Source: Candidatus Latescibacterota bacterium (GTDB taxonomy: Bacteria > Latescibacterota > UBA2968 > UBA8231). From it: 64,000 nucleotides of DNA. Position numbers and translations under genes: made by a program. The stretch lies in assembly GCA_965203355.1 (NCBI GenBank), contig OZ241889.1:3072001-3136000 (forward strand), in the 5' to 3' direction. The stretch's first letter is position 1. Each line of letters begins with the position of its first letter. The notes beneath the pieces were generated by a model. That model worked only from the letters and a program-made list of their open reading frames with translations, was not told where the DNA came from and did no database searches. Below, one piece after another: positions 45,201-54,158 of the stretch.

Positions 45201-47837
45201 GACGCTCTCAGCCGCCGGGGCCGCCTCCGACAAGGTCGCTGTAATTCGGATTTCAGCCGTGTCGCCGTTTTCGCGCACGGCCGATTGCGAAGCCATTACG
45301 CTGGCGACGCCCACAGTGACCGGCGGGGCCTCAGCAACCGTGATGGTGAAGGTCCGTCCCCCGATGTCTCCGTCGTCATCCCGTGCCGTATAGAAGACTT
45401 CCGACATGCCCACCGCTGTCGGCGTTCCCGAAAGCGTCCGCGTCGCCGCGTCAAACGACAGACCTGCCGGGAGGTTAGACGTGACGCCGTACCTCAGCGT
45501 TCCTTGGCCGCCCGTCGCCGCGGGCAACACCTCGCTGAACGCTTGCCCCACCGTCGCTTCAAAGGCTAGCGCCCCCGCACCGAAACTCGGTCGGCCCGTG
45601 TCCGCCGGCGTATCCGAAGAATCATCCATCTTCGCCGCGTCTTTCAGCGTGATCTTCGTGGTGCCGACCTTGATCTTGTCGTCGTCTTGGTTCTTGAGAT
45701 TGTCCGTCAACTGCTTCAGCGTGATCGTCTCGTCGTTGTCGTCGGTCCCGTCGTTGACGGGCGTGATCGTGATCGTCGTCGAGCCAACGACCTCGCCGCG
45801 CGGAATCGTCAGCGAGCTAAGCACCGCCGTGTAGTCCACGTCCCGCGTCGCCGACTTGTCCGGCGTATCATCCACGACCAACGTGATCGTCGCCGCCGCG
45901 TCCAGCACCTTGCCGTCTAACGTGCCGGTCACCGTCACCGTCGTTGCCCCGGCGTCCTCTTTGATTTCACCCGGGCTGACCGACAGCGTGATGTTTTCGC
46001 TCAGCGTCTCATCGTCCGTGATCTTGAACTCCACCGTATCCTTCTGAGACGCTTCGGTGCCGACCTTCGCTATCACCTCGAACGTCCACGGATTATTCAC
46101 ACCGCTGTTGTCCACCGGCGTGACGCGCAGCGTCGCTGTGCCTTTCGTGTCGCCGGTCGGGATCGTCAAGCCTTCAGTGACTTCCACCTCGTAATTCACA
46201 TCGCGCGTCCCCTGACCCGCCACAATCTGAAAGTCCACTGCCTTAGAGCCGGTCAAGGCTTTCGCCAATTCAACCGTCATCGCAACATCAGTCGCCCCGA
46301 CTTCCTCGCGGATCGTCGCTGGACTCAGCGTAAAATTCTTGATCGTCGCCACCGCAACGTCCTCAACCGTGATGGTGCCAGGATTGACCGGGACCGCAAT
46401 GACAAAAGAATCAAGACGCTTGATCGTTCCCGAAGCATTAGCCGTCCCCTCGATCTTCCCATCACCGTTAAGGTCAATACCGATTGGGATAGTTTTGAGG
46501 TTGACGCTGTTGACGAAGGTTCGACGCCTTCCTCTATCGACTTCATAGGGACCTGCTTCCGTTAGCACTTTTCCGTCGGGCACCACATAGGTATCCAACA
46601 AATCGCCATCATTGAAAAAGTCGAGCCCCAAGTCTCGTTCTACTAAGACGGTGCCCGACGTGAGGGTGTCGGAGTTGCTAAGGTCATATCCCGTCGAAGA
46701 AGTAAAAACCCCAAACCCTATGAAATTATTCGAATCATTCCCTTCAGATGATTCGTCTGTTAATCCAATAGTTCCATCGCCATCCAAGTCAATTGCGATG
46801 GCGTGATCGACCATAACTTCCTTAATAGTAGAGGATCCGCTATGTGTATGACCATCTTTTTCGAAGCTACCATCAAGGTTGTAGTCGATCCGGACCTGCT
46901 TACCCGCCTTATTGATCCGTTTCTTGAACTCCACCAGCAGCGTATCACTGCCCCCCAGCGTGATCGTGCCCGCCTTATTTTTCGGATCAACGGTGATCGT
47001 CGTCGTCGCGTCGATCCGCCGCCGTGGAATGGTCAGAGTACCCAACCCTGTAAGCGAGTAATCCACATCGCGCGTCAAGTCGCCGCCAGAAATAACCAAC
47101 TGGGATTTAAGGTCGTGGGCCTTCAACGCGCCGCCCTTCACCGTCGCCGTCACTTCAATCGGAGTCGCATCCGCCTGCTTGCTGAGCTTGGACGGCGAAA
47201 AAGAAAGGTCAATCCCACTCGGCAACTGATCGTCGTCAATGATCTCGACATACAGGCCACCCTGACTCCCATCCCAATATACATTGGGTTCGTTATGTGA
47301 TACGATTAAATTTCCATTACTACCTGCATCAAAACGTATAACGACGGGAATATTAGGGCGCCTTAGAGCTGCATCGCTACTAACTGTCCCCCCCCCAGTA
47401 GTTATACCAATACTATTATTATTTATGATCAGGGGATCAATATCCATCCCCGCTGTGGCCGAGGTCGCTCCGATCCGATCATTGTCTATCGGGGTTATGG
47501 TTATGGTCCCGGTCGTCTTTCGCTCGCCGTTCTTAATCACCATAGTGGGAGCGGGTAAGGATACTCTGAAGAACTTATTGAGATAGGTTGAGGTGCCCCC
47601 CCCGATGAGCTTCGCCTGAATCTGAATATCTGCTCCCGCCTTAGCGTTAGCGTCTTTTAATTCTATCGTAACCGTAATGTCTTGCGCCCCACCGTCCTCG
47701 CGGATGGAATACCGGTCAAAGGAGACGTATAGGCTATCTTGGGCCGTGGCCTCCCCGGCCAACAGCAAACTGGCAATCAGCAAACAAGGCACAAAAGCCA
47801 AGCGCGGCATCGGCACGAACAACTTCGCATGTGTCAT
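42171..47837 (-). CDS. 1888-aa secreted surface protein: Calx-beta/Ig-like repeats, putative Ig repeats, dockerin/EF-hand-like, cohesin-like, C-terminal FlgD-Ig domain
   Basis: Signal peptide; TRDVDY-type repeats; LPAGLSFD..TRT.SGTP x3; DLAPNGTIDFDDFFVLADHFG; NYPNPFNPQTTIQY...SGMYFYRLQAG...KKMLLLK. Confidence 0.85.
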   Translation of the reverse strand: MTHAKLFVPMPRLAFVPCLLIASLLLAGEATAQDSLYVSFDRYSIREDGGAQDITVTIELKDANAKAGADIQIQAKLIGGGTSTYLNKFFRVSLPAPTMVIKNGERKTTGTITITPIDNDRIGATSATAGMDIDPLIINNNSIGITTGGGTVSSDAALRRPNIPVVIRFDAGSNGNLIVSHNEPNVYWDGSQGGLYVEIIDDDQLPSGIDLSFSPSKLSKQADATPIEVTATVKGGALKAHDLKSQLVISGGDLTRDVDYSLTGLGTLTIPRRRIDATTTITVDPKNKAGTITLGGSDTLLVEFKKRINKAGKQVRIDYNLDGSFEKDGHTHSGSSTIKEVMVDHAIAIDLDGDGTIGLTDESSEGNDSNNFIGFGVFTSSTGYDLSNSDTLTSGTVLVERDLGLDFFNDGDLLDTYVVPDGKVLTEAGPYEVDRGRRRTFVNSVNLKTIPIGIDLNGDGKIEGTANASGTIKRLDSFVIAVPVNPGTITVEDVAVATIKNFTLSPATIREEVGATDVAMTVELAKALTGSKAVDFQIVAGQGTRDVNYEVEVTEGLTIPTGDTKGTATLRVTPVDNSGVNNPWTFEVIAKVGTEASQKDTVEFKITDDETLSENITLSVSPGEIKEDAGATTVTVTGTLDGKVLDAAATITLVVDDTPDKSATRDVDYTAVLSSLTIPRGEVVGSTTITITPVNDGTDDNDETITLKQLTDNLKNQDDDKIKVGTTKITLKDAAKMDDSSDTPADTGRPSFGAGALAFEATVGQAFSEVLPAATGGQGTLRYGVTSNLPAGLSFDAATRTLSGTPTAVGMSEVFYTARDDDGDIGGRTFTITVAEAPPVTVGVASVMASQSAVRENGDTAEIRITATLSEAAPAAESVRFTIVPPASGAMATRDVDYTATLVGTVTIAAGEKVGSTTLFLSPIDNASADGHKFLGVRAAASGGWGQVDLRISDDETPSTSLVVSVMPSALSESAELTEVMVMAALDGKPLAEAATATVSIDEAASSATRDTDYSALFNPTITIAAGSIMGSTRLLIDPVSDGMAEGDETVVINAMLPGLTAGSATLVLTEAAGGMMDDKEMMIPLSFVEGTSIAAHAYTAGTAITPLVLPMAMGGEGTITYSVSDLPAGLSFDPATRTISGTPDAATDGAVEVTYTATAGAESVSLMFTITVNAMLDWGDLSSLFGLNSGAGKANPADSHTDNMIQFTVGVPANLTLPAVSGGTPPLTYSVSGLPAGLSFDAATRTISGTPTTMGETVATYTVVDASGARQSLPVPLAVVDPPLSAPTNLVAEDYKGADGQGDQGGFVMLSWELSADHKSLDGYRIFRALPVLGNEMVPWARVDAVPGVAMGRAIVATLDNVSTRWGIAAERGGRTTHTMAKAVFVEADDLTQPYAQMAATLQASRDAAQGGEGPVLASLLPEALAYARGVAPKLNVVSSVLSSSITWTAEAVRATDDIAPLAVSALQVLDAPDDQGGRIALTWTLSPSDQVLQGVVAGALGPAPVEPVVGVHGYRIYRRAVGAETFSVVAEVEAGRSSFVDETAQHGVHYTYQVRTFDLDNETGSVEHTALAVRNRVADSQGQALLGLFGADARIGFDDFFVLADRFGLTAGDAGFDPAFDLAPNGTIDFDDFFVLADHFGRSVAAAGKPVPLRAGLNGDARLYLDAPAALPSVGEEFVVNVRLADFVAVKGYGLQVAYDADQLTFVEARTDQPLGGSAFATPQVLADQAGVLTVAAHGDVVSDGELMLRLVFRPTTEIEHTTLEITDSQTYDRALGFNRLALPAPVAVQTRPAVFSLAANYPNPFNPQTTIQYALPQAAAVGLTVYNVLGQPVRTLVAEHQAAGRYAVEWDATNDSGQSVSSGMYFYRLQAGGDFLDIKKMLLLK

Positions 47838-48189
47838 TATTCAACCTCCGTAAGGAAAGCATCGCCCAAGGGCGAAAGGGAAAGGGTAGAAGGAAATGGA
47901 CTTAGCCTTATCACTAAGCCGTTGCGTTCTGGCGTTTTTGCTACCGTTGAGCAAGACGAATCCCTCACGGCGAGAGCTTGGCTACGACGTCGCCGGCCGA
48001 TAACCACGCGGCTATCGAGAAGAGGTTTCGTTTGTGAGGTGGATGGGTGGTCAGTGGCCGGTGGCCAGTGGTCGGTGGAGCTTACCGACGCGGCCGGGCA
48101 GAGTAAGGCCGTTTCCCGCTTCCGTAGAGGAAGGGGAGCGAGGCAAATAGGTTGGTGAGTGAAGCTAGGGCTTAATGCCCAAGAAAATC

Positions 48190-48206
48190 GGGGGGGGGGG
48201 GGGGGG
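48190..48206 (+). repeat. G17 homopolymer
   Basis: 17 consecutive G about 350 bp upstream of the surface-protein start. Confidence 0.9.
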
Positions 48207-48655
48207 ATAAATCATTGTTTTTTAACGACTTATGGCGATTAAGCCTCGGCGTTATCGCAAGCGTAGAACAAGACACCGCCATTGCATCAAGCACCGCTGC
48301 CGGCGATGGCGTTCTTTGTGCTATTGACGTTGTGCCCATGTCCTGTTAATCCGGCTAAGAATGCCGCAAGCGGCGGAGGTTTTATACCCAAACGCGCCGC
48401 TGTGCGCTGTGAATTTCATATCTAATGATTATACAACATCAGTTAAAAGTTTGTCAAATGTAGGTCGTGGTTTTTGAAACTTAGCTTTACTCCCGTTGGA
48501 TCGCCCCGGCTCAACCCCAAGCCCGACCTCAACCGTACCGCGGCAATTGGAGATTGCAAAATGTACCACGACCGCCGATTCATTGACAGCGCGGACCAAG
48601 CCTCATAAATAATAAGGCCGTTAAAACCCCAACTTTTGCAAACAAAGGAACAAAC

Positions 48656-49219
48656 ATGACTACAGCGCACGAAGAACTCGTCTTTGCCGAGACCTTCGAC
48701 GGCGTCCTCGATCCCAAGTGGATCTGGCTGCGCGAACATCCCGGCTTTTGGCGCTTGCAAGACGGCCTAGAAATTCGCGTCGAACCGGGCGTGGCCGCTA
48801 CCGTGCAAAACGCACTGTTGCGCCCAGCCCCGGATCGCAGCGCAGAAACCTGGGCCATAGAAGTGACGGTGTACAACCATACCCACCCCATCCAGCAGTA
48901 CGAGCAAGCGGGCATCACTTGGTACCAAAACGGCCAACCTGTCTTCAAGCAGGTCAAGGAACTGATCGACGGCGATCTCTACATCGTTCCCGGCCGCAAG
49001 CCCATGCCCACCCAGAGCGTGCGCCTGCGTCTCATCGTCACCGCCGACTCTTGGGAGGCCCAGTACCGGCCCGCGGGCGAGGACCGATTCCATACCGCTG
49101 ATCGGGGTGAGTTGCCTCCGCCCGGCGACGATCAAGTCAGCATCCAATGCTACAACGGCCCGGAAAACGCCGAGCACTGGATCCGCTTTCGGGACTTTCA
49201 GATTAAACGCCTGCGCTGA
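48656..49219 (+). CDS. Hypothetical protein, concanavalin-A-like (DUF1349/GH43 C-terminal-like) fold
   Basis: LDPKWIWLRE...QYEQAGITWY pattern; RBS present. Confidence 0.55.
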   Translation: MTTAHEELVFAETFDGVLDPKWIWLREHPGFWRLQDGLEIRVEPGVAATVQNALLRPAPDRSAETWAIEVTVYNHTHPIQQYEQAGITWYQNGQPVFKQVKELIDGDLYIVPGRKPMPTQSVRLRLIVTADSWEAQYRPAGEDRFHTADRGELPPPGDDQVSIQCYNGPENAEHWIRFRDFQIKRLR

Positions 49220-49431
49220 TCCCCCTCTGCTAGCGAAACCAGTCGTAATTCAACCTCATTGCCCGATCCGCCGCTCGCCGCTGGGGATCGTATTCGCTGC
49301 GGCAGGGTGCGCCCAACTCGGACCATCGCCGGCCAAGGAACTTGCCCCGATCGCTATGAGTTCACATTTTACAGGGCCAGATTTTGTAGTGTTATAGCAA
49401 CGCACACTCACATCACAGTTAGGAGAATTCC

Positions 49432-50022
49432 ATGACTCGTCCCAATATGTTCCGTTTCGTCTCGGTTGCCGCGCTGACATTTGTTCTTACCGCCGAGGCG
49501 ACTTGGGCGGAAACTTACGTGGTCGATGCGGCGCACTCTTCAGTTGATTTTAGCATTCGCCACCTCGTTGGCCGCACCAAGGGCCGTTTCGGCGATTTCA
49601 GCGGCACCATCAGCTACGACGCTGCCAAGCCCGACTCCGCCAGTTTCTCTGGCATCATTCAGGTCAAAAGCATCGACACCGGCAACGAGCGCCGCGATGG
49701 CCACTTGCGAAACGCCGATTTTTTCGAGGCTGAGACCTACCCCACGATCACCTTCGAATCCACCAAGGTGACCAGCACGGGCGAAAACACCCTCAGCGTC
49801 GAGGGCAAGCTGACCATGCACGGCACCACCAAAGAGGTCACTTTGCCCGTCGAGATTCTCGGCACCGGCATCAATCCGCGCAGTAGCAAAGCGCAGATCG
49901 GTATAGAAACAAATTTTTCCATACTCTGCTCGGATTACGGAGTCAATAGCTGGGAACGCTTCAGTGCCGTGCTCGGCGACGAGGTGAAAATTCAGGTATT
50001 GATCGAGGCCAACGCAGAGTAG
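49432..50022 (+). CDS. YceI family protein
   Basis: Signal peptide; DAAHSSVDFSIRH, SIDTGNERRDGHLR, YPTITFES. Confidence 0.92.
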   Translation: MTRPNMFRFVSVAALTFVLTAEATWAETYVVDAAHSSVDFSIRHLVGRTKGRFGDFSGTISYDAAKPDSASFSGIIQVKSIDTGNERRDGHLRNADFFEAETYPTITFESTKVTSTGENTLSVEGKLTMHGTTKEVTLPVEILGTGINPRSSKAQIGIETNFSILCSDYGVNSWERFSAVLGDEVKIQVLIEANAE

Positions 50023-50568
50023 GTCAGGGTGTTCCACTTGGGGAAATTGGGTACTGCCGGGATTCATAGCTACAAACGACGGCTTTTCGGCGAGTAACCG
50101 ATCGTAATCGCGAATGCTGGCAACCAACAATCCTTTGTCGGCCAATACGCGCCGGATATTTCGCAGAGCAAGCGTTAGATCTTCGTCCGTTAGAAGATGT
50201 GGCAGAGAATTGTCGCAGCTAATCACTACATCGAATTGCTGGTCGAATACACGTTCCAACGCGCGAACATCGGCAACCGCAAATCGCATATTCAGCCCTC
50301 GCCTGTCAGCTTCTGATTGCGCCCTTTTGACCGCCTCCGGGCTGAGATCGGACGCAAAAACTTCGTATCCTCGCCGCGCTAAGCCAATGGCCTGAGTGCC
50401 GATGCCGCATGAACAGTCTAAAACAACCGACGCACTCGCTGACGACTCACCTTGAATCAACAGGTCTAGCGCAGACGACTGCCGTTCGATGGCCGATTCC
50501 CAATCGGTGTAAATGTGATGGTAGTCAGCCGCTAGAGCGTCGTAAAAGCCTTTAACGGATTCGCTCAT
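50023..50568 (-). pseudogene. Class I SAM-dependent methyltransferase, apparently 3'-truncated
   Basis: FYDALAADYH, LDCSCGIG, CDNSLPHL; after about 180 aa the frame simply runs antisense through yceI. Confidence 0.65.
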
Positions 50569-50600
50569 TTCTCAATAAACCTACACTTCTTGACTGAGTG

Positions 50601-51689
50601 CTATCTATCGCCCGGAAGCTCCACATAATCAATGACCATTGGCTGCTCAAGCAGTCGCTCTAGTTCCACCAGATCCGCACGCCCCTCCGGCACACCCTGC
50701 GCTAGGCTCCCATTGGGATAGATTGTCACCGTAGTCATCACTTTCACAAACGCCTTTTCTGCCCTCGTCCGCGACACGTGAATGCCGTCCTTTGCAACAG
50801 CTATGCGAGAATGGGTCATGTATCCCTCGCCGATGATCTGAAAAAGAAGGGCCAATACGCCGGACTCTGGACGCGCTGTAATCCCCTCAATCTCGTCGTA
50901 AACAATCCAATCGCCAAAGTCCAGCAAGCGATAGGTAACCACCTGCCGATTAGTCAGCCTAATAGGCGGCGTTGACAGCGTATCTACGTACGAGTACCGG
51001 TCTGGTCGGCCCGGCCCTTCCTCCCACTTGAGCCGCACATTCACGGCCAGTTCTGGTATCGGCCCTTCCACCACCTCGCGGATGACCCGATCGAGCCGAT
51101 AGTCCACTTCCATATTCTGTTCGTAGCGATAATTTAGTAGGGCGTACTTTGGTACTGTATCTTCCGTCTGCCCGGTCACCGCCAAAAACGACCGAAACCA
51201 CTCCTCGTGCCTGATAAACAGGGGCAGTTCGTCTGGATCGCGTTCCCTAGCTTGTCGCACCAGAGAAAGCACCACTTCCGCCAACCACGCACCATTGGTC
51301 GTCGATGTTAGTTCATAAGCACCATAATGCTGCCGCATCGCCTCCAACACCTCCGACGGCCCCACCACATTATACGTTCCCTCTATGCCGGCCAGTGGAT
51401 CGGGCAGTAACAAAAAATAGAGGTGGACTGCAATCCTCGAACTCCCAAGGTATTGAAAGTTTTTCATAATCCATATTCCGTCAGTAAGCTTCCTCGCGGA
51501 TCTCGCGGAAATTCTGGATGCCAATGGGTAGTCTGCGTTTGCGCCCGGGTGCGTCTTCGCTATCAAGATGGCCAAAATACCGAGCACCTCGAACTCGGTC
51601 AATGTTGACAGCCGCCCCTCGGCGCGAAGATATTGAGGCCATTCACCATTAAGCCGTAGGAGGCGCACCGTGTCCAACAAACCACCCAA
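50601..51689 (-). CDS. Hypothetical protein (start uncertain, possibly 5'-truncated)
   Basis: Long open frame in a lower-GC segment; overlaps the sulfatase start; no recognised motif. Confidence 0.5.
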   Translation of the reverse strand: MGGLLDTVRLLRLNGEWPQYLRAEGRLSTLTEFEVLGILAILIAKTHPGANADYPLASRISARSARKLTDGIWIMKNFQYLGSSRIAVHLYFLLLPDPLAGIEGTYNVVGPSEVLEAMRQHYGAYELTSTTNGAWLAEVVLSLVRQARERDPDELPLFIRHEEWFRSFLAVTGQTEDTVPKYALLNYRYEQNMEVDYRLDRVIREVVEGPIPELAVNVRLKWEEGPGRPDRYSYVDTLSTPPIRLTNRQVVTYRLLDFGDWIVYDEIEGITARPESGVLALLFQIIGEGYMTHSRIAVAKDGIHVSRTRAEKAFVKVMTTVTIYPNGSLAQGVPEGRADLVELERLLEQPMVIDYVELPGDR

Positions 51690-53007
51690 TGTCGTCCTCG
51701 TCTTCGCTGACCAATGGCGGGCCCAAGCCTTTGGCTACGCCGGCGACCCCAACGTGCAAACCCCCAATTTAGACGCGCTAGCGGGTCGTAGCGTCAACTG
51801 CACCCACGCGGTATCTGGCTGCTCGGTATGCTCACCGGCGCGGGCTTCGCTCCTAACCGGCCAATATCCCCTCGCGCACGGCGTCTTCGTCAACGACACA
51901 GCACTGGGGCAAGATGCCACGAGCCTGGCGCGGGCTTTCAGCGCCGGCGGCTACGACACGGCCTATATTGGCAAGTGGCACGTCAATGGCCGCGGCCGCT
52001 CCCGCTATATCCCGCCTGAGCGGCGGCAAGGCTTTGAGTACTGGAAGGTGCTCGAATGCACCCACGACTACAATCATTCGGCGTACTATGCCGGCAATTC
52101 GGACGAGCGGCTCATGTGGGAGGGCTACGACGCCTTGGCTCAGACCCGCGACGCCCAAGCATACCTGCGCAACCGCAAAGACAAACCCTTCTTACTGGTC
52201 CTATCGTGGGGACCCCCGCACGCCCCCTATCACACGGCCCCGGCCGCGTACCAAACCCGGTACGATCCAGCCGCTATCACCCTGCGACCTAACGTGCCAC
52301 CTGACTGGGCCGAGAACGCCCGGCAGTGGCTCGCTGGGTACTACGCCCATTGCACGGCCTTAGACGACTGCGTCGGCCTGTTGCTCCAGACCTTGCAGGA
52401 GGAAGGATTAGAGCAAGAGACGATCTTGCTGTTTTTTTCGGATCACGGCGACATGCTCGGTTCGCAGGGCATGGACAAAAAGCAAAAGCCCTACGAAGAA
52501 TCCATCCGCGTACCGTTCCTGTTGCGCTGTCCGGGGATGGGTGCCGCCGAGCTCGACGCGCCCATTGACCTGCCGGACATCATGCCGACCTTGTTGGGCC
52601 TATGCGGCCTACCGATTCCCCCCACCGTGGAAGGCATTGACTTTTCCGCGTACCTACGAGGGGGGCCCGATCCCTCGGACGGCGCCGCGCTCTTGCAGTG
52701 CCCCCAGCCCTTTGGTCAGTGGTGGACCGGCGTTGGCGGTCGCTCCTACCGGGGCCTGCGCACCCGCCGCCACACGTACGTGCGCGCCCTAGAGGGGCCG
52801 TGGCTGCTCTACGACAACGAGGCCGACCCTTTTCAGCAGGACAACCTCGTCGGACAGCCCGGCCAGCAGGGCTTGCTCGACGCATTAGACGCCCACCTAA
52901 CGCGCCGCCTCGCCGCAGCCGACGACCTCTTCCTCCCCGGCCCAGCCTATCTCAAACGCTGGGGGTACCAAGTAGACGCACGCGGCACGGTGCCCTATGA
53001 AGCGTGA
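51670..53007 (+). CDS. Sulfatase (formylglycine-dependent)
   Basis: FADQWR, CSPARASLLTG, GKWH, SDHG. Confidence 0.93.
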   Translation: MSNKPPNVVLVFADQWRAQAFGYAGDPNVQTPNLDALAGRSVNCTHAVSGCSVCSPARASLLTGQYPLAHGVFVNDTALGQDATSLARAFSAGGYDTAYIGKWHVNGRGRSRYIPPERRQGFEYWKVLECTHDYNHSAYYAGNSDERLMWEGYDALAQTRDAQAYLRNRKDKPFLLVLSWGPPHAPYHTAPAAYQTRYDPAAITLRPNVPPDWAENARQWLAGYYAHCTALDDCVGLLLQTLQEEGLEQETILLFFSDHGDMLGSQGMDKKQKPYEESIRVPFLLRCPGMGAAELDAPIDLPDIMPTLLGLCGLPIPPTVEGIDFSAYLRGGPDPSDGAALLQCPQPFGQWWTGVGGRSYRGLRTRRHTYVRALEGPWLLYDNEADPFQQDNLVGQPGQQGLLDALDAHLTRRLAAADDLFLPGPAYLKRWGYQVDARGTVPYEA

Positions 53008-53054
53008 AGCGCACGGCACCATTCCCCTATTCCAACCACTACAAAACGAGGTAT

Positions 53055-54125
53055 ATGAACATGCCCCAACGCTTTCGCCGCGCATCCCTCGCATCCTTGG
53101 TTCTCTTACTAACGGCTAGCTCGTCGTCGGACGGCGCGGCTTGTACGAGCGACGGACAGGTGCTGCAAGTCGGGTTCTACGCCTTTTTCGAGCCGGTCAG
53201 TTACAGCGCAGACCCCGAGCCAAGCAGCACCGGGTTCAACGAACATCGCGGGTACGAGGCAGACTTGCTGACGGCCTTAGAGGCCATGGACGGCGCGGGC
53301 CTGTCCTTTGCGCGCCGCGGCCTAGCCGAGTGGCCCGATATATGGCTCCAATCGGCCGGGCCGCAGTACGACTTGATCGGCGGCGGCATCACCATCCTCG
53401 ACATCCGCACCCGCAACGCGACTGGCGAACACGTCGTAAACTTCACGTCCGGCCACATCGCCTTCCGCCAATCGCTCCTGGTGCGGGCCGAAGACGCAGC
53501 GCGCCTAGCCACTCACCGCGACCTGACCCGTGCCGATCGGGTGGGCGTGTCGAGCAGCACCACAGGCGAGTTCCGCCTGCTAGTGCTAACCGGCCTCGTC
53601 AATGCCGATGGCATAATCGCCGCTGGTACGCGCATTGAGACCGCTTCGGGCGAGTTGGTGGCCGATGGCACGGCTGACTACACCATCACCGCGGCCGGCT
53701 CGTCGTCCAATCTCGCCGCCCGACTGCGGTTGGAGCCGGCCGCCGCCGACATACCGCAAGTGATTTACCTTCAAGAGACCGCTGGCGAAGTGGCGTGGCT
53801 AAACGCCCTCAGCACCGGTGCTATTGATGCGATCGCCCGCGGCGAAATCGGCAACCGCGACGCGAGCCGCGCTTCCAACGGCGCGTTTGTCGTCGTGGCC
53901 CTCGACGCCAGCAACGAAGAGCGCGGTGGATTTACGCTCTCGGTGGCGGACGCCGACCTAGCCTCCTGCATAGACGACAAACTCAACTATCTCACCGATC
54001 ATCAGAATATTGGCTACGTCGATTGGCACACCGATCCAACGATTTTCATGCAGCGTGCCCAGCAGTGGCGCCCGCCGACGGCTGTGGTCGAGACGGCGTG
54101 GGGCTGGATCAAGAGTCATTGGTAA
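53055..54125 (+). CDS. Periplasmic substrate-binding-like protein with C-terminal TAVVETAWGWIK motif
   Basis: Signal peptide; GYEADLL, GGGITI..R, family-3 SBP-like. Confidence 0.65.
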   Translation: MNMPQRFRRASLASLVLLLTASSSSDGAACTSDGQVLQVGFYAFFEPVSYSADPEPSSTGFNEHRGYEADLLTALEAMDGAGLSFARRGLAEWPDIWLQSAGPQYDLIGGGITILDIRTRNATGEHVVNFTSGHIAFRQSLLVRAEDAARLATHRDLTRADRVGVSSSTTGEFRLLVLTGLVNADGIIAAGTRIETASGELVADGTADYTITAAGSSSNLAARLRLEPAAADIPQVIYLQETAGEVAWLNALSTGAIDAIARGEIGNRDASRASNGAFVVVALDASNEERGGFTLSVADADLASCIDDKLNYLTDHQNIGYVDWHTDPTIFMQRAQQWRPPTAVVETAWGWIKSHW

Positions 54126-54158
54126 ATCGCAGCGCAACCCCTCACAAGGAGCACAATC

